A stretch of DNA of 64,000 nt from Paraphysomonas bandaiensis (taxonomy: Eukaryota; Protista; Chrysophyceae): the NCBI GenBank assembly GCA_965644295.1, contig CBFFRP010000363.1, positions 434,001-498,000 of the forward strand. The letters run 5' to 3'. A model generated the notes under the pieces. The model made no database searches. It had not been told where the DNA came from and saw only the letters and a program-made list of their open reading frames with translations. Below are positions 1 to 14,494 of this stretch, piece by piece; within the stretch, counting starts at the first letter, position 1, and each line of letters opens with the position of its first letter. The position numbers and the translations under genes are program-made.

Positions 1-53
1 CACTACCATCTTATATTCATGATGTATATACTCTAATTGCAGTTTTATTGCAG

Positions 54-3000
54 ATATGTCTATTGGCTGTGGAGCTTTTCAGTTGGGATTTCAGCTCGAG
101 CACTTCCACTGTCGTCGACGAGAGTTCAATGGCATCGGGTTCTTTTGAAACTAGTTCTGTCAATTTACCTAAGGAGTGGGTTGAGATTGCCGGTGGTGGT
201 AATGTTTTTTTCACTATCCTCCAATCAGCTGTAGACAGCTACATCCAACTTCGAAATCCTATTTTAAACCCGGAGGTATCATCACATGTATGGTTTTGTG
301 ACCTTGCAGACGGTAATGGAGGGGTATCGGATGGTACGCCTTCAATGCAGTCGATTTCAACTGCTCGACAATACTTATCCGCATTCCGACAGCTGATCCT
401 TTCGTTGGTATCATTATCTACTTCTAATAGCGCTATATTTCCATCTAATGAAGAAAAAACTACCTATGTGGAGACTGCTATGTCCACAGTCACTCCACTT
501 TTGAGCCACTCGATCAAAGTGGCTATCCAACACCCTGCTGGCGAGATTGGTCACCCCACTAGAGTTCCTTCCGAGTGGTTGACAGATGTTAGAGCCGAGG
601 AAATAGAGCATATTATATATATACTGATACGACTACTGGGTAAGGACTTTGCAGTATTTTAATTTTCTAACGCTTTTATACGTTTGATCTTACCATGGTA
701 ATCTCTGCAGTTATATATATACGTATAGACATTGCTGATAGTCGTATGAGCAATCATTGACTCAGTGTTATGTGAGAGTGCTGAGATCTTGTGTGTTGGA
801 AACAGGCAATTTCCATTTATCCGGCGTTGGAAGTGCACCAAGCTTTGAGCCCTTCGTATTGTCATTGGGTGATGTAACCTACGGTCTTGCTACTGATATG
901 GGCACCATAACAGAGCATAGAACTTCATTGGTCACTCAGTGTTGTAACCCGAATGCAAGTCGGAATATTACTGATGCATCAGAAATGGAATGTGAAAGTG
1001 TGTTGGATGGATGGAGGGGAGATATATTAACACAACTGCTTGATTTATGGGCTATGTTACTGGGTAAGTTCAGTGTCCCGCACTGACAACATAGTATCTA
1101 AAAACTGACCCATATTTCTGGTTCCTCGTATTGCAGCCGTGTATTTGAAATATTTTGCCCTTGTGTTAGTGAGCGTCGTGCGTTTTGGAAGTGAATAACT
1201 CGTATCGTGTAGATGACCCTATGATGCATGGTGGGGGTGACGCATCCGCTGCTGGTGGGGTGGTGGCTAGACTGAGAAGTGGCTTGACTGATATGGCAGG
1301 GCAGGTGAAAGAATGTGATGCATGTACTTTCTATCTTTGTTGTACGTGTTATCAATCACTGGGGTATATTTTTCAAACTAGTTTGTTTGAAAATCAGTTG
1401 TCAATGACAATATTTGGTTCGCGAGCCTGTTGCGTGCAGTTATATTGTGGTAGTTACTCTGTGTGTGGCTGGACAATGCCGTATATATACCACATATATC
1501 ATGTATATACAACATACACCGTAATTTGATGCCGGCTTCAGATATTTGCCAGGCTGTTCGACTGCATTATGCTGATAGCTTTACAAGACCTCATTGCCAC
1601 AGAGGACGAGGATTTAGATGAAGATCACGAGGATATTGCTCTCAGGTCGTTACAAGCAAAGATACTTTTCTTACTGGATACTTGGCTCGCACTGTTGTTG
1701 CATTGACTATGTTGGAAGCTACTGTTTTGTATTATCTGGAACAATAATGTGTAGATTATCATGTATATAAGTTTCATTCTCTGAGAATATTACTATAGGA
1801 ATATGGACGAGCTTTTGGGAGGTATATCGCTGATTGGTAGATCTTTGGCTCTCTGGCCGTGTCTGAATCATGTTAAAAGCCATCTGGAGCGCGCAGCCAC
1901 CGATTTCGACTCAATTTTGCACAGAATACTGTCTGGCGATGGGGGTGCTATCAGCATCAGGGAGTGTAGTCGCTTGCTAGAGATACAGAGGGTGTGCGCA
2001 ATGTTCTTGATGCACTTGTGCTTTGAAGGTACAGGCATAAAGAGCAAGGCAGGGGCCATATGCTCGGATGGAGGAAATAGCAACAGCGAAATTCCAATTG
2101 TTCCTCAGTATATTCTTTCATCTGTACGAGAAGCCTCATCATTGGGTAAGGCAAGCGTCGAAGAGGTGTTCCATTCTCTAGGTAGTGTTATGAACGCAAT
2201 GATAGCAATATGCACACACAGTTTAGATGCCCAACGGAAGTCATTGAGTTTTAGCGCTGATATAAAACAAGGAAAATATGGCAACAGTGATGTGGCTCAT
2301 GCCCAGTTGCGAGCTCTAGAGCCCCTGCAAAGTCCTCTGGTTATGCAGAATTGGTTCGAATTTTTTAAGGAGTATTTAAGGTAATAGACCATTTAAGGTA
2401 ATGTCTTTGAGCCGTGTGTGCAGGACATACATGGGGGCTGAGAGTGGGTTGTATGATCATCCCGATATTGCATTATTCACCCGGAAATCATGCGGTGGAT
2501 CACCATCCAGAGCCTACATATCGCCATCTCCATCACCAACAGGCGTTTCGTTGTTGACTGGCCTAGTTAGCTGTATTACCCAATGTGTATGGTCTATGGG
2601 TGCTGAACATGCCATGTGTATTAGTGCACTGGGCGTACTGAAGGTAATATCTGTCAATCTGAGCCCTTGTGAAGTGTACGCATTATCTACTGATGATACA
2701 CTGGTCAACATATGGAATATCATGACCAACCATGAGCAGTACAGTCAGTTCACGATTAGATTGTCACCGACTGCATTGTCTTGTCTGTGGGAGAGCACAT
2801 TGTCATTGGCAGCCAAAATGGAGCTATGTGTATGCATGAAAGACGTTGAAGGTACTATTAATTTTGGCAATAACGGTACCGTGCCTGCGCTACCGGGTGC
2901 CATATTTCAACAGGTATCGCTATTTCTTGTCCAGTTGTATAGTGTCAACATCATGTATGCATCTGTATTTTTCAGACACATGAACTGCCAACCTTGAACG

Positions 3001-4838
3001 TGCATGTATTATGTATCCTCATATTCTTGAATATGGCGGTGCTGCTGTTATAGAATAACATGTGTGATGCGTTCACTATGTGATCAGATGTGTGCCTTTC
3101 TTCACGAGAGCGCATCTTTGTCGCCGATGAAAGGGCCCCGCAGTGGATGTGAAGCTAGTCAGGAAGAACGAATGTCCCTGCTTCTAGCGTGTCTACGAGG
3201 ATCTGCAAGGTAGAGTAGCTACCGCCTGAATTAAAGTGTTATTGACTTACTGGTGTCGATTGACTTAGATGTCCCGTGATTGCATTATCAAGTTGCGATA
3301 TTGAAAGTGATATGACTGAGGCTGGTCACCATGATCATCAACTCCGGCACTTACACATAGAGCGCGTTCAGACGTTGCTAATGACTCACAGGAAATCAAT
3401 TTCACGACTCTTTGATTTTAATTTGCCTACGTTAGTTGAAGTAGTGACTTCCCAGTCATCTGGCATGGACAACGATCTCCGACTCAGCTTCTTGTCTGAT
3501 CTGACTGTTGTGGTTACGGATTACACAGAATTCCAGTTCTCTCAATTGAATTCCGCCTCTGCCTGCTTGCTTTATGAATCAGCCATACGGCTGCTGATGT
3601 ACTTTGTGTCCTACCAGCACACGCAAATTCATGCAAGCGTTTCCGATGCCAATGTGATAGTGAATTTGCTTAAGTTTCTAGACACGTTATCATCTCAAGA
3701 ATTCTTAGCCCCATCTGATAGTGGTGCTGAACCGACCTGTGCTCCCACCCAACATCTTTCTCCTCTAGCCAGTGCGCTGGCTAGGAATATCGGAGTAAGT
3801 GAGGTCGTATGTGTGGGAGTGGTGATTCTTTCCAGAGTTATTTCTAGTGATATATTAGAGCACTATACAGATCTTCAGGATTCTTATTTCTCAATGCTCA
3901 GTTATAGCCTATCGTCATCTCCAGAGCACATTTTATTAGGTAGTGATACCAGCCGTGCGTTAGTTACTGCCGTGGGACTCTCCGTCGATGAATTCGCCAG
4001 CACTATTGGTCACATTCTATCCTTACTGCTATGGGGAGTACAGGATTCCTTTAATCCATCCACAGCGAGGCTGGCTCTACAAGGGGTGCAACACTGCGCC
4101 GTGTCCTACATAAGATCTGGTACTTACTATTTTCTGTTTGTTGTATGTGTTGTACGCTATATGTTGGGATATGGAATGTACTGCGCTATATTTCGTTCAT
4201 TAGAGCATTATGGCGAATATAATTTTGGCGTTGTGTAATTACTGCATTATACGCATGGCTACTTTACCTACATCGAATACCGCATCATATTCACCTGTCG
4301 ATATGTGAACTTGTATGGAGCCAGATTTCACTTTTTATGAAATGTAGGGAAGAATGGGAACGAGGTGCTTTCCCAATTCATATTGCACTGCCAAATTCAC
4401 TTCGTCAATCTCTTGCTGGGAATACCCGCGCAACCTTCTTCCAATGGATTTGGTGCATCCGAAGAGTGCGCGGCTGGTCTATCTTGGGACCGTATTGATG
4501 CGTTTTCGTCAGCTTTTCTGGCTGTGATTGCGTTTGATTCCAGCAGGTCGTGTATTGTTAATCGTCATGTTCCACTCATTACTCACACATGACACACTGT
4601 CGTGCCATATATTTTGTATTACCTTACAGTGAAGTATAATAGGTTTATAGCCGAGGTCATACCCCAGTGTATTGCTTCACGACCTCAGTCTCTTCAGGCT
4701 CCACTCTCTGCACTCTTTCAAAAGCTCACGTCTGATAGAGGGGTGAATTTATCGGACTTTAGAAAACAAAATTCTCGAATATTTACATCAAATTTGAGGG
4801 ATTTTTTCAGCGAAAGTAAATTATTACCTTGCAGCTAG
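54..4838 (+). CDS. Exportin-4-like / importin-beta superfamily HEAT-repeat protein (multi-exon, 5' part upstream of window)
   Basis: Chain of + strand ORFs (48-662, 1803-2384, 2401-2997, 3276-4238, 4365-4592, 4602-4838) joined by short GT-AG introns. Helical Leu-rich sequence. C-terminus (WDRIDAFSSAFLAVIAFD...LFQKLTSDRGVNLSDFRKQNSRIFTSNLRDFFSE) resembles the XPO4 tail. Confidence 0.6.
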
Positions 4839-5063
4839 TTTTGATTGGTAGTTAGAATTGTCGGCGGGATTGTCTATCATTCTGTATAGATATACTTGCT
4901 TTTGTTGAAGTATAATATTTGCTACTTTCATACTGTAATTTAATATGTTCAACAATTGACAATGACTTAACATGTCGAAATAATTATGGCTGATACTTAT
5001 CGCCATTTTGTTTCGAAAAGTGTTTTTTTAACCTGAATTGGGTTCAAACGAATGTTTACATTT

Positions 5064-5150
5064 GCACCGGGGATATATAGACATTCAACTTCAATATGTT
5101 GCTTGAAAAGGAAACTATGTTTTAATATTATGATACTGACAGCCATTTCA
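5064..5150 (+). repeat. Diverged fragment of dispersed repeat family R1
   Basis: gcaccggggatatatagacattcaacttcaatatg matches gcaccgggcaaataaagacattcaacttcaatacg at 19877 and the copy at ~49939. Confidence 0.6.
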
Positions 5151-6221
5151 ACATTGTCTATTACATAAATTTAGGGGAAGCCCAACTAACTCCTCCCGAA
5201 CGGGGGTATGAATATGACTTATTGTGCTGTATGCACCTCTGTATGAAGATTTTTAACCTGTGGTACGCCTCCCGGTAGTCTATGGTTAGCAACAATATAT
5301 TTTAAAAAATTTCGATTGCTGAAGGTAAGTCTGCAAATAAAGAATTGACCGACTCTTGTAACACTCCACTAGCTGGAATTATTTGCTTTGGCATGATGCG
5401 TGGAGTCTGAATGGATTTCTTTTCAGCTATGGAATTTAGTGGATTTCTTATCAACGTCTTCCACCAAATCTCAGGAGCACGCTCGCTCTCCATAGCTGGT
5501 ATAAGAGATCGATGTTGATACTTGGCTCAGTAATCACACAACATCCAGTGTCACTCACATGCTCCCTTCGAACAGCACGAAACGTAATCAGAGTTAATAA
5601 GAAAGTCTGATTATTACATGAGAACGGTTGTGTACAGAAACTAGTATTACATCTATAGACTGACTAAGCTGTACTTGCTATGTGCTACTAGTGGCGGGCA
5701 ACCGTCTCGGGACTGCTTGTGCATCGCTGCGAGCACCATGGTGCAACTAATCAGAGTTTAGTGTACACCATCATACGAGTACGACGACCACACATGGTGC
5801 TCCAATAGCCACAGAATAAGATGAACTGGTGCTCACGTGATAAATTGTGTACTTACCCTAGATATACATCATATTCATGTCACATATACTTGCAGAACAC
5901 ACTGACGGCATGGGTCAATTTCAAGCGCATGTGCACTATGCTATAGCAAGTACGGTATAAAGGTATAATAAATAAAAGGACATAGACGGTAATGCATGTA
6001 GCGATGCAGTAGAAATTATAAAAGTACGTGAACATGCGTTATTGATGCGATGTCTATTTTTCTTTTATCTGCAGCTAGTGAAGAATCAGTAGCAATGAAG
6101 CGTATGGTAGTATATATGTAGTGGATCTACACTTGCAATGAGGGATATGATGTGTCATTTATATGATGGGGGAGATACATAGCACTCTAGTGGAATATAA
6201 ACGCCATCTATGATAACTAGT

Positions 6222-7323
6222 GTAACGCCTTGGCGTTAAACTATATTGCTCCCGTCGTTGTTTAGCTATCATAGTTTGGCCATGCCGAGATCATAAGTGT
6301 TAGGAATGCATATACAAGCTATGGAAAATCTATGGTCTCTATCTATGGTTGGAGTGGCATGAGTGACAATACTACTGTGGAAATCTGGGCATCTACTTTC
6401 TGATGACTGCTAGCTACGGTTGGGAGCGAGCTGTGCTGATGTGCGGTTTATATGCCAGGACGAATGATACCTCTTGCTCTAGGGATGTACTGTGTCTATG
6501 TGTCATTATTATTTACATACGTGCACATGTATTCTATACAAATATCATATTCATGTCATATATATACATTCAGATCATGCTTATGCCAAAACTTGAATCT
6601 TATACAAGCACGTGGTATAAGTATGATCTGAATGTAGACTAGACCATAGCATGCGTGGTAATAAGAGCGTAATGAACGGCATGGATGAAAATATGCATAC
6701 ATATATATAGAGATAGTACAAAGTATGGCTATAAATAAATGAAGGTACTACTATATTGATGTCTAATGATGTCTAATTCAATCTACTACAGTTATAGATG
6801 AATCAGTACCAATGGAATACATATACATAATATTATGTAAAGTGTGTGGTGTGTATGCAATAATGATGAATGTTAGATTGGTGTAAGGGCATACAATATA
6901 AGAGTGGTAAATACACATATATATCAGTAATGTTCTGTAGGTGACGTGTGATGAGCATGATGATAGATAGTATCATCATGGCACAATGAATGCCAAATGA
7001 TGTTTGTATAGAATACATGTGCAAGCATGTGAGTAATTATGACATATAGACACAGTACATCCCTAGAGTAAGAGGTATCATTCGTCCTGGCATATAGACC
7101 ACACATCAGCACAGCTCGCTCCCAACCGTAGCTAGCAGTCATCAGAAAGTAGACGCCCAGATTTCCACAGTAGTATTGTCACTCATGCCACTCCAACCAT
7201 AAATAGAGACCATAGATTTTCCATAGCTTGTATATGCATTCCTAACACTTATGATCTCGGCATGGCCAAACTATGATAGCTAAACAACGACGGGAGCAAT
7301 ATAGTTTAACGCCGAGACGTTAC
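6222..7323. repeat. Long inverted repeat IR1: arms 6222-6548 and 6997-7323, spacer ~448 bp
   Basis: Arms are near-identical reverse complements; the ORF track shows the same peptide MTASYGWERAVLMCGLYARTNDTS on both strands (6403+, 7142-). Confidence 0.93.
6565..6636 (+). ncRNA. Candidate pre-miRNA-like hairpin (24-bp stem)
   Basis: tacattcagatcatgcttatgcca (6565-6588) pairs with tggtataagtatgatctgaatgta (6613-6636); both non-Watson-Crick positions are G-U on the + strand. No expression evidence. Confidence 0.3.
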
Positions 7324-8745
7324 CGCAGTGAAATGATGTAATATACAAGGAGCATATAAGTAAAATAATAGCACATCTGCACACAGCAGAACAATACCAA
7401 CAACAGATCTCACTCGTCTAGACGTAGTAGCCCATATATACAAAACTTGCTCCCAACCGAGCTATCAGTCACCTGAGACACAATGTACATATAACCACAC
7501 ATTTCAGCTTCTTATGCTTCTCCCAGCCATGAATAGATACCACAGAGACACACATATATCTAGCCTATAAGCACTCCAAACACTCGAAATCCTGATACAA
7601 CCTAGTTGTAACTGAACTATTAATTTAGACCAACAGGAAGGCAGCATTACTATATATACCCTTCGAGGAGCCAGGACGATTGGGTCAAGTCTGGGATGCG
7701 GCCTATTCTTCGTGCATTTTGTAAAGAATTCTTACAGATCTCGCGGAACCGACTTTGACAGGTCTGATGAGTTCAAGTAGGAGTACGACGACAGAAAGAC
7801 AAAAATTTAGAGTTGTCAAAAACAATCTGCAGCCAAGATTATGAGTTACCTTGATTTGTTAGAACTGACACCGCCCCCAACAAAGTCGGACTCAGACCTT
7901 TTTCGTGGTATTCTGGGGAATAAGTACCGGGGATATTTCTCCGAAAAACTAACGTGAGTAGCATATATATATAGTCAGCAGATAATTTTCTGGTTACTCA
8001 TAGCCAAATGCTTGTGTGGTACACGGGACAATATAGAGCAACAAAGATTTACAACCTCTTTTGTGGTGAAGAGACACTTAAATAAACTCCTGAATGCTAT
8101 ATACCCTGATATCATCCTACAATCCTACAGAATACGCATGTATTCTACGAGTACCACAATTCTATAAGGATTGCCATGAACGTCCGTTTCAGCCTTATAT
8201 ACCTCAGTGCGCAAATCATCAGAATTAACTACGACTAGCTACTTCTTTTCTCGCCTTACTAACTATGTCATCTTCTCCTTAAACTTTTACGATAGTGACT
8301 CACAAACGACTCATTTTCGCTATACACCTGCAGTACTTATGATGAAGACAGATTCCAATTGTTGAATGAATCGCCACAAGCATTCCAATTGTGTGAGGGT
8401 GGGACTATTCAAGTGAATAGGCCGTGAAAGTGAAAACATGTGAAGAGCACATGGAAGATACACGATGTCTCTCTCTACACAATTGCAGTGACATCACGAC
8501 GCTTCTAGACACGTCAAAAAGCTGGAAAGATTCAATATTGGACCTCACTTAGTTACGTATCCGTTATAATTCCATGCTTCGTGTGTGGGACTCTTCCCAT
8601 CATCACATAATGTCATTATCAAAATAACATATTAGAGCAACGATTCAAACTAGTATTCAAATCGAATGGCAATATAGGATAAAACAGTGACTACGCAATG
8701 CCATAACTGCACAGTATATCTCGCTGTCAGAAGTAAGTTCCACAT

Positions 8746-11700
8746 TTAGAATGTCATTGCTGCATCAGATATACTACTCGATGTCGATGTATCATCGGAG
8801 ACAATTCTGCGAATAGGTAGTACAGCACATATAATATTAATTGTAGGTAAAACAGCACAAAGAGATTCAAAGTACTCAGCAATATACGTCCACGGAGTGT
8901 AGTAATATGTGAACATGACGATGAACCTGTAGTGTTTGCCTATAGCGGGAGCTGTCGATTGAACGGACCCTCCATCAGCAGCATTCAAGGGCTGGATTAA
9001 AAAGCACCATCACACCACTGATTTATAGTTTAGCTGTATACATACCTTTCTTTGATAAGGATAGAACCTTGTTATAAAAGGATGTCTGAGAGCTTCGCGG
9101 GCAGTAATTCGTGATCTGTATATATATCAAAAATAGCGTCAATTTTAAGGTTCGAGAAAGAAAACAACCCAGACACAGTACAGAGCAAACACGTACTTGG
9201 GGTTCTTGTGAAGAAGTTGGCGAATCAACAGTTTAGTATCCTCCGACAGTTTGTTCCATGTTGATGGGGAAACTGTAATGTCACCCTACATATATGTTGC
9301 ACAACCACGACTTTATTACAAACATGAAGACACATATTATTGCGCACGTACTTTTACAGTAGCACATATTATTTCATGCTGGGTTCTCCCATCAAATGGA
9401 AGCTGCGAATAGAGCACTAATTCACGAAAACGATAAAATACACAAGTTTACCTTTCCACAGAGCACTAGAAACATAATCACACCTACGGACCACAGATCT
9501 GTCTCCTGTCCATAACCCTGCAAGTTCGAATTTACAACAAACGCACGCGAATACAAGACATATGTTGTAAAATAACCTGCTCAGTGAGGACTTCTGGGGC
9601 AACATAGGATAGTGTCCCGCATGCTGCATCCATGCGCTCACTTGGAAGGACCATCTGCAGCATTTAAACATAATGTAACTCAAAGCAAAATACCAAACCT
9701 GGCAGTCGCGTGTATACGTGACTGCCAAGCTATCTACAATATAACAATGATACATCATATTTCAACTAGAAAGCTCTGTAGAGTCACAACATAAGGCATA
9801 GCACAGTAAGAATATACAGAGATCCTTGTTTGCTAACCTTGGACAGGCCAAAGTCAGCGATCTTGATATCCTCGAGGTTACCACCGCATAGAATGTTCTC
9901 CGGCTTAATATCTCTGAATGAATTAATGGGTCACCTGACATACGAACACCGCATAAGATGAAACCGTGGCACTACCTGTGTACGATTCCTAGATCATGAA
10001 GGTAGGCAACACTCTCCAAAATAGGACGTATCAGTTTAGCTGCCTCTTCCTGGAAGACAAGTTACATCGAATGTATGGTATACATTATCAACTTGGATGG
10101 AGAGAAGTAACACAGCACTACCCCCCCCCATTAGTCGATATACACTGCACTATACGGCGTCATCAATATTGTAAACACGATAATATATCATATCTTATAG
10201 TACAATACATACACTATTAAGTAATACCTCTGAAAACCTAGGCCGACCTCGAAGTTGCTGAAAGAGCTCCCCGCCTTGAAGTTTCTCCATTACAATGTAA
10301 ATATGTGTCCTGATGAACAGCGTATAAAAGATATCGCAGAATACTGAATACCTTTGTACATACCTCGATTCATAGACTCCTTCCAACTTAATAATATTGG
10401 GGTGGTTCACAAGCTTGAGCACTGTTAATATCATGTTAAAACGAAATACTTGTATCTACATTTTTACACATTCATTTCAATCACACAACTGCAACCACCT
10501 GCGATCTCTGTTCTCAATAAAGCTTTCTCTTCGGGCTCTATTGAAGCTTTCTCGATTATTTTAACTGCATGTCGTGTGCCGTGTTCTTTATGAACACACT
10601 CACATACCACGCTGAATCTCCCCCTTCCAATTTCGCCACATATTATGTAGTCTTCCTCTATTGGAACCACCTACATATACTGTTAACAGCAGCACTCAGA
10701 TAGCAATAAGGGTTGAATTGTAAAACAGGAACTTTGAAATCCATGATCCTATTTGCTAGCAATATAAGCTCATACTTTTACAAACCTGTGCTGCATGTTG
10801 AATCTTAGTTAGCCACTGCTCTCTCTCTGACTCCGAACGACAATAAAGAATCCTAGATTCGTGTCTACGAGAATATATACGTTACAAATAGAACAACGTT
10901 CACTGCACTAGATATGGCATACGAAGCGGCGTGAATTACTTGTAATGCTCGCCCGCGCAAAGGTCTTGATGAAGAATCTCCATACCATAGTAGCCTTTCA
11001 GTTCACTGGATGCGTCATCGACCTAAAAATATACCAACAAATAAATTCGATAAATACAATACAGTGCTAAGTCTGAAACTACGATTATCTTCAAGAAGAA
11101 GGAGAATCCATACATACCAAACATTAACATATCGAATACTGTAGCATACATGTGTATAATTGTGAAAACGAGAAGAACCCTTCGCACCTTGTCACATATA
11201 CACCCAGTAAGAAAAATAACACCTCTTGGTCTGACATCCCTCTTGTGTGCATAATAGTATATACAATTGCCTGTGCATACACATCACATCAACACCAGGT
11301 CAAAATAGGACATGATAATTGGCACTACACATAGGCGTTCTATAGGAAAAGTCAATCATAACACGCACTCCAAGGAAGTTGTTGTGCATGCATCAGGTAT
11401 ACAAATCAAATATACTATCGACCCACCTGAGAGTACATACCACCGTTTACTCCATCGATGCAACATATTCCCTCTTTTCCAGAGGTACGACTCCTTGTCA
11501 ACGACATCCTTATACATCTGAACAGTCAAATGAAATATTAAAATCTACGAAGGGATTCTGGTACGATAGATGTGTACATACGTTGTTCTCTTCAGTCGTA
11601 AATCGAGGCATATCAGTCATGCCACCAAACTCCTTGTCAATAATTTGTTGCAAAGACTGGCGCAGGGATTCGCTGTGAGTGAGCTCTAGAGCTTGACAAA

Positions 11701-13780
11701 GCAGCTGATGGCAGTGTTCCTCATTGTCTTTGTCGAAATGTAAGTCGTCACATGATGGAATTCTTTCACTACATTGCATATTACGAAATCAGGCATATTC
11801 CCTTCCAAAATACATATATATATATAACGATATTCTGCATTCACAAAACTACATATCATACACCACAGCAAATCACGATAGCTAGTTGTAGACTTGACAC
11901 ACTCATTGTAGCACCACCATTCCACTACACAAACAAATCCACGAAGTATAGAGGTGTAAGAGCGGGATTCATACCCCATTTGAAAAGAATTTGATCGAGG
12001 TCCTAACTTCTGCGTGCTCTCACCATCCAACTGCTTTGATCGTCGTAACACACTATCTTTATATAGGTTTTCGTTATTCTTGCTTAATTGAGTCCCAGAC
12101 ACAGGCCGAGATATCTAGAACATCATATTATACAAATACTCATGATATTAAATGATTAGATATAAGCCTGCTTACCGCCCCGACAGTGTCCAATTGACCA
12201 GAGTATGTTCGGGTTAGAGTCGTACTGGAACGACCCCTACAGCTAGAATTGTAAAAGCACATAATTCGAGTGTATATATTACACTTACTTTGGGGTTGGT
12301 AGCGCATCTTTTTGGGTGTGACATGTGTGGTGCTGAAAAACTATTGAGTTGAAACCTTGCGGTCATACAAATGGACGTACCTTTTCCCCAACAAACGGTA
12401 ACATGCTCTCAAAATACTCAAGTACTCCGTGTGTTCTTTGAATCCACCTGTAAAACAAGCAATACTTACGTAACCTCGAACCACATAAAATATTATATTT
12501 ATTTCTTCATAGTAGTGTTCAATAAAGTACACAAGGAGTAAATTCCTCACATTTTGAACTCTTCATACTTTAGACGACCTTCATGGTTCAAGTCGCACTC
12601 CTAAAGAATAGGTGTTACAGCTAATTGGGTGTACGAATCCACAAAAATACTTGGAATGCTTTCTCTACAATACCATGGTTGGTGTAGGCATCGACTTCTT
12701 CAAACTCAGTCGCGGGAGATACAAGCGTAGTTGCTCCAGTGTTAACAGACAGGTCTGACATAAATCGTCATGTTAGTATAGCGATACGTTACTCAATTTT
12801 TACGATATCATAATAGAGCGTACAATATCGCATATTTACATGGTAGGAGGTTGTACCTTCCCTTTTGTGTCTGCTCGTCACAGTCTCATGCGGTTGAGGA
12901 AAAGGAGAAGGACAACTTTCCTCTGAGGATCCTGACTGAGCAGACTGCACTGACTCCTCATCATTCAACGGAACTGTGCTATCTAACATATTAACTGCTG
13001 TGTGGTTCATACGGTTGAGGCCCAGTACAGATTTGGGGACTGTGGAACATATTAAGCGTTTGCAGCGTATAAAGTTCACTTGCTCCAGTGACATTTACAA
13101 CAAATATCCAGCTTGTCGAAGCATAGGAGCAAAGTACACAAGTATACAATACACGATCACTCAATTCATTGATTAGTCTATAGTTCACTAGTTACCATGA
13201 TTGAGAAGGGTTGTCAATTCTTCTTTAGAAACAGTTTGATCGTGGGAAGTATCATACATGTTGAATATGAAGTGGATTTTTTCATCAAATGTGCCCCTGT
13301 AGTATAGCGTAGATGTGATCAATAGTTATGCTTATTGCCACCACGAATGGTATGCATACCTTGCGCATATAGACAGTCCGGTGACAAATTCGTCCATGTC
13401 GATGAGACCGTCACCCTTGACGTCAAACTGAGCAAACAACCGATCTAACATAACATCAGACTCATTGAGTAAAGAAAATTCCCAAGTACCTCCCAGTAGG
13501 CCACACAATGGGAAGTACTGAAGAAAGGTGTCCTTGTCAATTCCTTTACCATGATTACGCTCTGCCAAGTCCTGAGACACATGTACCTATCATCACAGGA
13601 GTGTACGGGGGCCTTTATACGTACCGTCCACGTTGCTCGCAATACATGTAACTCGTCCTTATCAACTGCTCAGTGACAAGTAGTTAGCGATGTGATAGAA
13701 ACAACGAACATATGCGTACATTTACTGGCAGCTAGTCGAGCTTTACTGTGAATATGGCTTGGGGAATTAGTATTACCCAT
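8746..13780 (-). CDS. CDPK7-like kinase: N-myristoylation motif, EF-hands, PH domain, CaMK-family kinase domain (many exons)
   Basis: Start MGNTNS at 13780; EF-hand region DKDTFLQYFPL..DRLFAQFDVKGDGLIDMDEFVTGLS; PH KESYLWKRG..RWYVLSG-NCIYYYAHKRDVRPRGVIFL..RILYCRSESEREQWLTKI; kinase GEIGRGRFSVV, HAVKII, HPNIIKL, HRDIKPEN, IKIADFGLS, RITAREALRHPF. Confidence 0.9.
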
Positions 13781-14494
13781 AGCGCTAAGATGACTACAGC
13801 AGATATATATACGCTTGGTCGGTAGGGTATCTTTCCCTGGTTAACTCAATGAGCAGTGGAGTTATAAGGGCTGCTCTCCTGTATATGTATGTACAGTGTA
13901 CAGGGAGTACGTTCAACATCACAGAGAACCGCTCTGTACATGTATGAATATTCCTGGATTGGATATGCTCATTGGAGTACTGGACCGGTATACGGTACGG
14001 TATGGTGTTGGAACAATTAGCAGCAGCATATCGTACTGTACTCTACACCGTCATCATACATCCGGATCTCGGAATACTAGAATACCGCATGTATACGTCT
14101 TTTCCCTCACCACACACCAACACACATCCTATCAACATAAAAAGAATATTCCAATAAAATACAACCCAAACAGCAGTTTCATTGTCATACCGAATCTCAT
14201 CATACAGCGTACAGCAGCAGCACCTCACCCCCCGTATATGCATATACACATACATACAGAGCAGTATATGACAGTTTGGTTTCTCCGTCACACCACAGTC
14301 TAACAACAACATCAACAACATCAACGACAGACACTGTTACGACCACTAAACACACACCAGAGGAGGATCATCGGGTGTCGGTATATAGTGGCTGTTATTA
14401 TTTTGATTCGTTGAAGCTTGTAATTATAAGTGTGTTCCATTGAAGGCTTATCTGTATATATATCGACGTGTAGGTTCATTCCTGTGTAATTGAG

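Noticed and set aside
5268-5292. cctcccggtagtctatggttagc resembles a tRNA 5' half / A-box
   Set aside because: No anticodon arm, T-loop (GTTCRA) or acceptor complement follows.
5302-5493. Minus ORF with WWK..PL..IA pattern like a hAT dimerization domain
   Set aside because: ERxFS motif and TIRs not found; too degenerate to call.
7660-7960. Coding-like stretch (DDWVKSGMRPILRAFCKEFL; KIMSYLDLLEL)
   Set aside because: Broken by stops and frameshifts; no recognisable family.
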